Source of the DNA: Paragordius varius
Taxonomy: Eukaryota; Animalia; Nematomorpha
Reading direction: 5' to 3'
Assembly (NCBI GenBank): GCA_964247055.1
Contig: OZ176050.1
Location: 6,634,001 to 6,698,000 of the forward strand
DNA length: 64,000 bases
Of this stretch, positions 28,382-40,227 are shown piece by piece. Numbering within the stretch: the stretch's first letter is position 1; every line of letters begins with the position of its first letter. The notes under the pieces were generated by a model. The model saw only the letters and a program-made list of their open reading frames with translations, made no database searches and was not told where the DNA came from. Both the position numbers and the translations under genes were made by a program.

Positions 28382-30486
28382 TGCATATGTATATACATAT
28401 ATCACTTAAAAATATTAATAGAAAACATTTTTTATAATTTTTAAGTTAAATTGAACTTTAGTAGTTAAAACTTAAAATAATTTATATAGCATAATTCCGT
28501 ATGAAGCAATTTTCGGATAAATTTGCTGCAATCTGGTCGGATTATTTTTGTTTCATAATACTATATTTTAATTTTTTATTTGAACAATTTTTCTTTATAC
28601 ATAGGAACACAAAAATAGCACATAACTCGAATAAGTTCTTTGACAGTTTATAATCATCGTAATTATTTATATCTCAGAAATCAATGATTCATTACTTTAT
28701 TTAAATTAAAAATAATTTAGAGTTAAAATTAAAAATTATTTTTATGACAAAAAAATATTTTTAGAAATAAAAATATAACAATTTAAACCATAATTAGGTG
28801 TGAACAAAAAGATAATTATTATATGGTAAAATATTTTATAAAGCTAAGTTTTACCAGGCACAATAGATTCAGTGGCTTGGGATGCTAAATGATTAGGGTT
28901 GGAAAACCTGAAGGTAACGGGCCTAAAAGCACACAATATATATTTTGTATCAATCGTATCATACAAAATAAAATTAAAATTTACCAGTGCAATCAATAAT
29001 AAATATAGTCCTTATTAAGTTTTCCGTTTAGAGTAGATTTCAATTATCCTTGAAAAAAGAATAGAAAGAGGTGTTAAAAAAACTACTAATTAGTTTTTCA
29101 ACACAAGTTATGATTTAGACATTTTTTAATATTATCAAAATATTAGTAAAGGGTATCGTCAAGATAACAGTGGTATCATTCATAATGTACAAATTAAGCA
29201 TCTTGATGAAATAGATGGAAAATACATTTTAATTTTATGTTAATTAACTTTCGTAGCTTTAATAATGTCTCAGAAATATCTCACTAATTTGTAATTCACT
29301 GTAAAAATATTTTACAAAACTAAAACCTATTTTGTGATTTCAAAAACTGTCAAAACTTCAAAAGTTATCCTGGTTTTGGCAAATTATATAAAAAAATTTT
29401 AAACGGCTTAGCACATCCAAATGAATCATTATTATTAACTTGTTGTTTCCATTGCAACAAATTCGATCACCTCAGAAGCGATCATGATGTTAGATATTGC
29501 TGCTATTTCTGGGGGAGTAGCTATCAAACAATATGAATTTGGCATATAATTATCATAAATTAAATAAAATAAATGTTGTAAAATTTGTAAAATAAAAGAT
29601 ATAAAAATAGTTTTGGCGAATCTGATTTGAATCGAATGTGTAGTTTTTTAAAATAAAGAGAATCTAAAAGAAGGTTAATTGGTTAATAGAGAAGTTTTTT
29701 AGCTGAGGGGATTTAAATGGTTATGTTTTTTAATTTGTATTATAAGATGTTGTCAACATATCTACATCAAATTTTTATTTTGCTCGACTTTTCTATGAAT
29801 ATTCAAAAAATTTTTTTTATATTTTTTATAATATAGAATACAATATTTGGTATTGATGACAATATTTTTTTTAATACGTTCTGGTACCAATTCATAAATC
29901 AATTAGCAGGTGAGATGTATTCGAATTATTTAAGCATTTTTTTAACTTTACATTTTATACTTTACTTATAAAAATGAACCTAAACAATGTATCATTAAAT
30001 ATTTTCTAGCAAATTTTGAGAAGAAAATGTATCATATGGTAGATGGTAATGTTTCTTTTTAATTAATTTTGTTTCGTAGCGAATAAAAACGTCGTAAATA
30101 CGTCGTAAATATAGTATATAGATGGATATTTTTTAGTTATCTACGCAAACTAATCAGTTAAACAATACTTAAGATTGAAGTATTAAAAGAAAATTATTAT
30201 GAAAAATATATATTCTGTACCAATTCCTACTGCAGTAGTTGCTGCGACTAAAAAATTACAAATAAACCTTACCCACGGGCAAAACTATAAAAATGTATAA
30301 CACGCCTTACCCGCTGCCATGGCACCTTCAAAATTATTATTTCCAATTTACAGTCATGTATCCTTTATTTTATCAAAAATTTATTATTTTTTTTCGTTAA
30401 ATGGGCATAAATATTTGGTAAAGAATGGAGAAAAAAAGAGCTCTATGGTAAATTTTATACTTTTTTGATGAATATGATATTGTTAA

Positions 30487-31049
30487 CACTTCCATTCAAA
30501 TTGGGGTATCTAAATACCCCAGACAAAATTTGAGTTATGATTTTTAAAAAACTACTGAAGGAAACGTTCACAATTTAAATTTATGCTTCTATCCTAAAAA
30601 AATATATAAATATGCCAAAATATCTAAATAAAATTTTGAAAAAAAAGTTCCATGTCAAACTACTTCGACGCCATTTTTATTTTACAAAATTTTTGTAAAA
30701 TATCGTCTTCATTTAATTTTAAAAGTAAAATTAAAGCTAATTTTTTATTTAAATTACATCTAATATCGATAGAAATAGAAAAAGCGGTTTACATTGATTT
30801 TCAATTTTATCATTGCACACATGTCACATTGACTAAATTTTTACCTTTCGATTTTAGCTTAAAAAAAGTAATATCAAGTATTTTCGAATAAAATTTTTTA
30901 TATATTTCAGTTTATTAATGTTATATGAGTGCAAAATTTTGCCATGGTTTCGATTTCTTTCATATTTTTTAAAGAATTTAATTTTAAACAGGCCTGGGGT
31001 ATTTAACTACCCCAATTTGAATCGGAGGACTAAAATGAATGTGATATTG
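30487..31049. mobile_element. TTAA-target MITE family A, inverted copy
   Basis: Reverse complement of 6724-7278; TTAA on both sides. Confidence 0.75.
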
Positions 31050-32324
31050 TTAATACAATAGAGCTCTTGTTTTTTCCATTCTTTACCAAATATTTATACC
31101 CATTTAACGAAAAAAAAATAAATTTTTGATAAAATAAAGGATATATAACTGTAATTAAAAAAATACCAATTACTAAGCCATTTTCTAGACGTTGGTAATT
31201 TACATTTATTATTACTTGAGCCTGAATTACTGGACGAGGAATGGGATGAAAGTGTATCGTGTCTTTTTGTTTTGGACGATTGTGTTGTTAAAAATTTGTG
31301 TTTTTCCAATACTTTTTTTTCTTGCAAAAAGCATTAATGTAAAAAAATTGATATAAACTATTAAAGTAGTAAATCTATCCACGATAAGATCAGCAGATAA
31401 AATCTTTTGTAATTATTTTAAATAAAATGTTAATAATACCGTTTATTTTATCGATACGTTTTTCTGTTTGATTTCGCGACAAATTGGTGTCCGTTAAGAG
31501 AGTGACATTCAAAGTTGCTATATTATATTAAGTTTACAGTAGCGTGTGGCATAAAACAATATTAGTCCATAAAGGGATAAAAAAATATTCTTTATGAAAA
31601 AACAAGGGCATATAATGGTTATGTATATACAACTAAGCTTGTTTTTTTAAAAAAAACATGCTACTGTAAAATGATATGGCTATTTTTAGTAACAAATAAT
31701 TCATTAGGAGTTGTGATTTTCAAACTATAGATGAGACAAAATTTAATAAAGTGTTAAAAAATGTCATGATCACAAAGTAACTGTATTGCCCCATATTATT
31801 AATCATTTAATTGATAATTTATTGAATAATTAAGCAAATGTTTAACAATTATTTTTTCCAAACAAATGCTCTTTTTTACATTCATTTTGATAATATTTCA
31901 TTGCTTTTACAGTATTCATTGCCAATAAGTCAATAAAATAAAGAGAGGTATTATTGGCATATAATTATTTTCACTTTTAACTATTACTAGCCAATAATAT
32001 TGCCCTTTTTTGTATTTACGATTTGGCAATAATTAATAATTTTTAGCAATGTATACTTACTCATGTAATTGTGCGCAAAAGACGCACAGTGGTATGATTA
32101 ACAATTAGAACAATTTCATCTATATAGTTAAAAACATGTCCTATTGGTGTTTATATTATGTTTCAGACTTAAATTTTTAATTAAAGTTTGTACATAATAT
32201 TCCATATATAAAAATATGAATAAATATGAATAGGTAAACATCATAACATAGACGTTTTGGCTTAATTATGATTTTCATCTATACAATCCAGCGTCTATCA
32301 TAAAATTCATTGAAACTTACAAAT

Positions 32325-32507
32325 GAGTAAGTAGACAATGCTACTCAGTTTTTCATTTAATCGCCAGATCGCATATTCGCAAAGGGCACCATTATTGAAT
32401 TATAATGGTAAAAAGTGAGAAAAATTTTAAGCCATTAATATTGCTCTTTGCCGAATATGCTATCTGGCAATAACTATATGAGAAACTAGCACAATGTATA
32501 CTAACTC
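32325..32507. mobile_element. Short palindromic MITE
   Basis: GAGTAAGTAGACA ... TGTATACTAACTC termini, inner inverted pair GCCAGATCGCATATTCGCAAAGGGCA / TGCTCTTTGCCGAATATGCTATCTGGC. A diverged neighbour ends near 32052. Confidence 0.5.
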
Positions 32508-33375
32508 ATACTGTAAATTAGGAATAAAGGATAAAATCTACAAAATTTAAACAGGGTAAAATAAAAAATCAGTTTTGTTTAGCAAAAAAAATCGTAGCGC
32601 TTCGGCACCTCCTATCATATAGTATTATAAAATATTTACTGGAATGATTTGTGTTCGCTTCATTAGCATTCGCAGAATATAATATTTTATCTACAAAATT
32701 GTAAAATATTACATGTTTCTACCATTAGTAAAGTTATAAAAATTCATGTAACTTGTGTCATTAATATTTGTAATAGGCATCATAAATGTCCCATTTTGAG
32801 GATCTACACGGTAAAAAGCATGCACAATGATATTAATTCAATAATAAAACATTATTATTGCATAAACTTGGGTGCTTTTTAAAGCTGTAAGACAACGGTT
32901 GTATTTCGTAAATAGAAACAGCCATTTCAAATCATTCCAATTTAACACATTTTTAAATAATAAAAATTTAAACATAAATATTGGCCCCCGCCATACATTA
33001 CAAAAAATATATTCTTAAATAATTAAACGCAAGGTTTCTTGTATTAAGTTTATTAAAAAATCTATATATTTATATTAAATATTAAAATGCTTAATTTACC
33101 TATCATGACTGGAATCGTTTTTTTAAGCGGTAATGATGCATTGAACACCTCTTCAACTTATATATGATATAATTAAATTAATTTTTAGATATTTAATATA
33201 AATAGTATTATTTTACAAAATAAATACGCAAAAGTTTCTCAAAAATTTGGCACACAGCCAGGCACTGAGGGGCGAGGGGGGATAAGGGATGTTTTTAGCT
33301 TCAGGCGCTATAAATTAAGGGGTGCCGAATAATTTTAATTTTATAAATGATATTATTTTGTGGCATCGTCTAAAT

Positions 33376-33679
33376 CAGGGTGCCTAATACAAATGCCTTC
33401 TCGGGCCGCATTTTCGTCCAAAAAAAGCTGCGGGCCTTCAAAAAATATATGGGCATTAATAAATATTTTATATTTTAAATGTAAAATTATAAACACGAAA
33501 ACAATAAAAAACTATTAATTTCACCAATTTTTGCTAGTTTGTTGCCGAATTCAGGAAAAAAATATTCAACATGTTAAAAATTAATTTTACCAAAAATTTA
33601 TTTTATAAATAGCGATAATTTTGTAAATTAATGAAAGTTTATTTTTCCAAATTTCCGCTGGGCCGCATGGACACCCCTT
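33376..33679. mobile_element. hAT (Charlie-type) MITE
   Basis: CAGGGTGCCTAA ... GGCCGCATGGACACCCCT termini with subterminal GGGCCGC motifs. Confidence 0.6.
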
Positions 33680-34546
33680 ATATAGACGATATACGAATTT
33701 GGCATAAAAGGTGTTGCAAGAGGCTGCATTATTATATTGATGGCCAATAGAGGGACTTGAGTTTTTTTTTATGTTATCTTTTTTGAGTGGGGTCCCAAGA
33801 GTTTCATGCACAAGACGCCACAAAAAAATGAGGCTAACGGATTTAATCTTGGAAAAGTTTCCGAGCATTCGAAATAATTGGCCTTTATAAATAAATTATT
33901 AGTTTAAAAACATAAGACTTCATAAAAAAGCGGAATGTAACAATTTTTCTCGTTTCGATTTGGGCTTAAAAAAAGTGTCTGATGAATATTAATTGTACCA
34001 AGATTTTGGAACATGTTTTTGCAAATTATGGATTTCAAATTTTTCGTGGGCGGCGTATTGGTCACCCCTGATTCAGAACTTATATTGATAAATATTTTAT
34101 TTTAAACAACAATGTTGCATTATACAAATAGATAATAAATTTATGGTTACTTTCAGATTCATTTTCTGTATAGCTTAAATTGGACATATCTAGAAATGAA
34201 TAAAATTATACTGTAATTAATCGGACTGTTTATTCGATCTAATTTCTTCATTTTTATATGCGATGTTAAATTTCTCAAAAACTTCCGTAATTCTACCATT
34301 ATAATTTCATATTTACCTTTTATTTGCCAATTAGCTAACTCAAAATATAGTGATTTCTGTTGCACTCTTCTGTTTATATTATTAAATTTAATGTGGATTT
34401 CAACGTTTGCATCTATTAAATTTGAAAATATTTTTAATATATAATATTATTATTACTCTTAAACTGTTAGTTAAATATGATATTTTGTCCATCAGTGTGA
34501 CAATTAAAACCTATAACTAACTACGTTATAGAAAGTAACTGCTTAA

Positions 34547-34578
<32 letters not shown>

Positions 34579-35470
34579 TTGTAAAAACCTTTGCATAATG
34601 GTATAATATTTTAAAGCTAAAAAATACAAAAATAAATCGCTACTTCAAAAATATAATTTTTTGTTCCTGTTTTTTAGGGTATATTTTTTCAAATTTATAT
34701 TCAAATAAATTAAACATTAAATTGTTATGGATAATCAAAAAATATGCGTTATATTATGTTTTTGAATGATAAATGGTATATTTTTTAATCCTTGTTTTCA
34801 AGTACAAGCTAATATTGTATATAACCCATTAAATCACGTTAAATGATTATCTTTAAATGTAAACACTTAGAAATGTTCAATTCAATAAAAAAGCTTATTG
34901 ATTGGACAATTTATTTGGTATTTGATGTGGCAAAAATTATATTTAGTTGTTAAAATTTTTAAATAAAATAGCGTTCTCCGTTGTTTGACTTAAAAATAAT
35001 TATGCCAATTTACGAAAAATTGATATTATACTTTATTTGATAAATAATGTAATCACTCTGTAAAAGGTAAAATGAGACCTGAATGAGATTGCTGAATATG
35101 GAGGAATAGAATATATTTTATAATTAACACATAGAGAATCATATTAATAATTTTAGTAGTTTTTAGGGGCTTTGCTTCAAATATACACGTACAAACTTAT
35201 TTATTAAAATCAGTAGCGTTGTTTTACACATATAATTCCCCTACAATAAAATGTATAAACAATAAAATTATTTAGTACAGATATACCATATAGGGTTTAT
35301 TTACGTCCTATTTTGACCTGATAAATAAATTTGCTAATTATAAAAATAGATTTTATAAATTAGATTGTTACCGTAATAGACGGATGTGCTATTATTTTTA
35401 GATACTACCTATTATTTATCGTAAATTAAATAAAAACTTCCCTATTACGCATATTTATATATGTACGGCA

Positions 35471-35735
35471 CAGAAGTGTCCAACACGCGACCTGCCGAGA
35501 CTTTATATGCGGCTCCAGAAAAATTTGGAAATTCATAGTCTGCATGAATAAGCTGACAAAGTGTTAGTCAAATTGGTAATTTCCAAAAAAATTCTATCCA
35601 AATGGCAAAATGATATAGAAAAAATTGTTATATGGTGTTTAAATTTTACACCCTTCTATGTTTGAAATAAAATTTTTAGGAATGCCCTAATATACCTCGA
35701 ATGTGGCCCGCCAAGTCATTTGGGTTGGACATTTG
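35471..35735. mobile_element. hAT-type MITE, degraded
   Basis: CAGAAGTGTCCAACACGCGACC ... TGGCCCGCC...GTTGGACA. Confidence 0.5.
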
Positions 35736-36027
35736 GGAATAGTATAAAGAGAATTATTATTGGTTAAATGAGTTTTTTATTGGTTAATAAAGGAAAAATT
35801 TAAATATTGTTTTAATTTAAAAAAACCTATATTTTGGAGCTAGTTTACATTTTCCTACACAAATTAATTACCCAAACAAATAATATGCCTGTTTATTGTA
35901 AAATTAATTAGGTGTGTTGGTCTTTTATTCATAAAATAAATATCACTCGATAAATTTTTACTTTTTTTCCATTTTAGAACGACTAATTTGTTATAAAATT
36001 TCAGAACTTTTTGATATTATATTAATA

Positions 36028-38351
36028 CTAACTGGCCATGTCACGCTTCGCTGTAACGCAGTCTCAGCGATAATTATTAATAATTTGCATTAAATAGAGG
36101 TAATGGAGATATAAAAATAGTAAAAAAACATATTTAATAAAAAGAATGTTTCTATTCTTTTACGCGATTTTGCATAGGCTCAAATATTTATTTGAAATCA
36201 TATTTCTGCTAATTAAATTTAATATTCAAATATCATTGGATTTATTTTAAGATGTTTTACGAAATCATGGTTAAATGTGTTCACACAGCTGGGATCAAGG
36301 AATATAAAAAGTATTTCATTTGTGGTCCCCTTTTAAAGGAAAAATATTATACGAATTCATCAAAAATGTGTTTAACTGAATTCGTATGGCCTCTTAAATT
36401 TTTTGAGAATTCTTTAAAACCACGCCATTTTTGTATGGCGTCTCAGATTTAAACCGGTAGACCCACACCCATAGACCTATATGGAAAAAGCGCTGAGTTA
36501 AATTCTTTATAGGGCAAATAATTGGAATCATCTTTGATACCATAGTCTCAGGGGTTATTTGAAAAAATACCTCACCAAAAATAATCGTTATGTGATGGCT
36601 TATTTTAAGGCATAAAGGCAAATTAACCGCTAATAAGAAAATCCCTGACCTACCTAATTACGGGTAATATTTCAAGCTTTTAATAAGCTCATTAGGCTTC
36701 ATAAATTTTCATTAGCTCCAAAACAACGCAATAATAGCGCAGTTTTTGGCGGGTAGCTCCTTACCCAAGGGTAGGTATAAAAAAGTTGCTAAAATCGTTG
36801 CCTTTATATGGGAATATCTGGAATTATCATTGATTTCATATGTTCCTATTAATCTCATAGGTTTTCTGAAATTTGGCTCCAAAGGCATGTATCGATATGG
36901 TGACGCAGTTTTGCGCGGGTAGCCCCCTCTAACCAGAGGGGAAGCAAAAAAAACGCTCGATCAAAATTTTTCTTTGATTCGGGTAATATCTGGAATCATG
37001 ATTGATTCCAGATGCTGTCGTGGAATTTTCGAAAAATTGCCTCAAAATCAAATGGTCATTCTATGCTGGGGCATTTTTCAGGGCAAGGGCCTAATTAAGG
37101 GGTAATTTACTAAAACCGCTCTGCCTTTTTACGGGTTATATTTCAAGTCCCTATTGAACTCATATGGTCTGATAAGTATTCCAAAATTCGCCTCCAAAGC
37201 CACGCTGTATCGATATGGTGGCGCAGTGGTAGGCGGGTAGCCCCCTACCCAGAGGTCAGTATAAGAAAGACGTTTGATAAAATTTGCCTTTCTAGGGGAA
37301 TACCTGGAATCATCATTCATTCCATATGTTCTTAATGGTTTTTGGAAGAATGGCTTCAAAACCAAATAATAGTACAATGATAACGCATTTTTTAGAGCGT
37401 AATGGTCCAAATAACCGCTAATTTAAACCACTCGACTTAAATTTTTGCCTTTGTACGGGTAGTATTTCAGGCACTTATTGAACTTATATCGTTGGATAAG
37501 TTTTCTGAAAATTAACTTCTAAACAACACAATTTCGATATGGTGGCGCAGTTTTAGGCGGGTAGCCTTTTACCCAGAGGCTTATGAAAAAAAAGCGATTG
37601 GTTAAAATTTTTGCCTTTTTGCGAAGAATACCTGGAATCATGTTTGATTCCATATGCTCTCATTTGTTTTTGGGGAATTGCCTCAAAACATCATTCTATG
37701 GTGGCGCATTTTTCATGGCGTGAAGGGCATAATTAACGGCTGAATTTAATGCACGACCTAAATTTTTGCCTTGTTATAGAAATTTTAAGCACCTATTGAA
37801 CTCATATGGCCTGATAGGTTTTCGGAAATTTAGCCCCAAAGGCTCGCTATTTCGATATGACGGGGCAGTTTTTAGCGGGTATCTCCTTACCCAGCAGACA
37901 ATATGAAAAAACTCACGACTGAAAGGTTTGTCTTTAACAGAGAATACCTAGAATCCTCATTAAATTTTTACGGTCGCATACCTTAAGCAAAAAATAGAAA
38001 AATTATTTTTTTTTAAAAAATTGCATTTTACGGGGGAGCGGGTAAAAAGAGGGCCTAAATTAAAGCGAGCTGGGTATGTTCGGAGCAAATGAAAAAAAGT
38101 ATATAAAAATCATATTTGAAATTGAATGGTCCAACACGTTCTCCGGAAAATTGTCTCAAAGATACAATTTTTGTGAACCGTTTTTACACTGAGTAAGCCC
38201 GAACTGGGGGCCTAATTTAAAAAAAGGCGAAGCTATTGTCGGGGCATTCATTAATGATTATATTTTTTGGACATTTGGATTTGAATGGGTCTACCGGTTT
38301 TCCGGAAACAGATCACAAAGCCAGCATTTTCCATTTTTATAAATATATTGA
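36028..38351 (-). mobile_element. Non-autonomous Helitron-like element, copy 3, with expanded internal tandem array
   Basis: Minus-strand 5' end A|TCAATATATTTATAAAAATGGAAAATGCTGG. The 3' end is a GTTAC-A-GC-GAA-GC-GTGAC hairpin followed by TTAG|T. Homologous to 2016-3160 in reverse orientation. Confidence 0.7.
36700..37960. repeat. ~160-bp monomer / ~320-bp dimer tandem array inside the Helitron
   Basis: The motif GCGCAGTTTT..GCGGGTAGC, or its B variant GCATTTTT, recurs near 36740, 36902, 37069, 37219, 37382, 37542, 37702 and 37863. Confidence 0.8.
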
Positions 38352-38834
38352 TAATAAATTAGTTTATTAACTTTTATACTGACCTCCTAGTGAAGTTTAA
38401 ATTAATAATTTTATTAAGTAAATTAAATCATATATGATGTAATATTATGACTAGCATTTGTTTTTGAAATTTTATCATTGAATCTCCTCGAGTTTAAAAT
38501 ATGTTTAAAATTATTTTGCCTTATTAAAAGCATATCAGGATTCTAATAGCTAATTTTTAAATTTGCATTCAATCTTATCCTTATGTTTTTCCCAAATTTG
38601 CATCAAAATGCAAAATATAAAATTTGATTTATAGAACAGCAAACAGAATATTGATTAATTTACTTCTTTGTCTTTGCGGTCCGCAACTTTCTGCCAATTA
38701 ACTAATATGACTTAATGTTTCCTAGCAAAATTTTTTGAATACCAAAATCGTTGTATGGATATCAAATTAATTGAATTTATATTTATATATAATTTAAAAA
38801 AAGTTTAGATAAATATTTATCTATAATGATAAAT

Positions 38835-40180
38835 TCATATTCGCCTTTGTTTTCTAGGTCTGTGACCATTAAGGGGTACTGGAGTATTATCAGTTATGGA
38901 GATTATTTTAAGACCGCCCATCATTAATCCTTTAACAGAGGCCATTCGACCAGGCCCCAGTCCACTAACCACAACTCTAACCATTGTTATACCTACAATA
39001 TGTAAATAAAAAAATTAAAGCAAGGATTGAAATCGGAACTGTTTAAAATTCCGGTTCCTAGAATTTTTTGCCAAAAATTTTGTTTTCCGCTTTAACACAT
39101 TGTAAAACAGTTCTGATTCTATTTCGATTCCTAAAATTTGGAAAAGTGTCCAATTATTTTGATACAATAATAAAAGCCAAAAAACCATATACTACTTGAT
39201 AGCCGGATTGTCAAAACTTTTATTCGTTAAAGCTACCAGGTGAAATTCCATATAATTAAGTGTAGCATTATTAAAAAGATTGTTCGTGATAATCCGATAT
39301 CTTTTTTCAAACCTTATACCAAAACATATATCTAGTATCCGAAATTACGAAAAACGTATAGAAAAGGCTGTTTAAATGTTATAATTATTATTGTTTTATA
39401 AAATTGTTTCATAGTTTTTACCAACTTTAACTATTTAATATTTCAATACATAAAACAAATAAAAAGGTGTTGACCTCTCTGCATGCATTTTGTGGCGATT
39501 CCTTGACCAACAGCTTGAGCTGCGACATTGGTTCCTTTCTTGGCATTTTTGTAGCCCTCCAAACCACAGCTGTTGATAAGAACCGATTTCATAGTAACCT
39601 AAACGTTTTAAAAAGATATTAAACCTGGTCTTCAGGTTTTCCACCTTTGCCATAAGTAATGAATTGGGCAGATGACACAAGGGGTTCACTGATAGTAATA
39701 ATGGTATTGTTGAATGATGCCTTAATAAATGCAATAGGTATTTCAGAAAAGGAAATTTTTTTAATTTCATCAGGCGTTTGTTTTACCTCCACCCTAAAAT
39801 TTATTATTACCTTAATTATTACCATTCTCCACCTTTTCTCATCATTTTAGGTATAACATACAAGGCATCCAGTGTTTCTTCGTTAGGAATTAATTTTCCT
39901 AAAATCTCCGTTGACCAATGATCTATGTTATCCTCTCCCTCGACGTAATCTTCTATTATTGTTTGTGGTTTTTTAATTTTATTCTATATATTAATGGTAA
40001 ATTATTTACTATCACATCTGCATTTCTAGCTAAATCAAAAACATTTTCGTCACTTGCAATCCCCTCATCAGGTTTTAAACTATTTGAACGGTAATATTGT
40101 AAATCTTTGTGTCTATACCGAAAACTAATGAAAGTAAATAATCGTTTAGGAAAGGTTTGATAAGCGTGTTTTAAAAACAT
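38835..40180 (-). CDS. MRPS11: Mitochondrial ribosomal protein S11 (uS11m), ~260 aa; exons 40180-40010, 39983-39823, 39793-39625, 39598-39475, 38992-38835
   Basis: [79 protein letters not shown]; basic presequence-like N-terminus. Introns 1-3 are 26, 29 and 26 nt, but introns 2 and 3 have in-frame 68- and 80-nt alternatives. Confidence 0.9.
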
Positions 40181-40227
40181 ATTTAACACAAACTAAACAT
40201 TTTTGGGTTAACTCTTTTAAATTACAT
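40181..40227. promoter_or_regulatory. 47-bp head-to-head intergenic segment MRPS11/INTS11 (inferred bidirectional promoter or overlapping 5' UTRs)
   Basis: Distance between the divergent ATGs at 40180 (-) and 40228 (+). Confidence 0.55.

Noticed and set aside
28840-29550. GC-richer minus-strand patches (NSYCLIATPPEIAAISNIM..., PVTFRFSNPNHLASQATES...)
   Set aside because: I could not join them into an open, phase-consistent model; intervening candidate exons are closed in all frames. Could be a decayed gene and is worth an RNA-seq look.
31094-31327. Ser-rich 77-aa minus-strand ORF
   Set aside because: TTG start, low complexity and no linked exons or homology.
36700-37960. Regularly spaced repeats considered as a CRISPR-like array
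   Set aside because: Eukaryotic context; the whole ~160-bp units are homologous, with no unique spacers and no cas genes.
40040-40075. CTGATGA...GAAA on the minus strand resembling a hammerhead core
   Set aside because: No stem II or stem I pairing, and it lies inside MRPS11 coding sequence ([11 protein letters not shown]).
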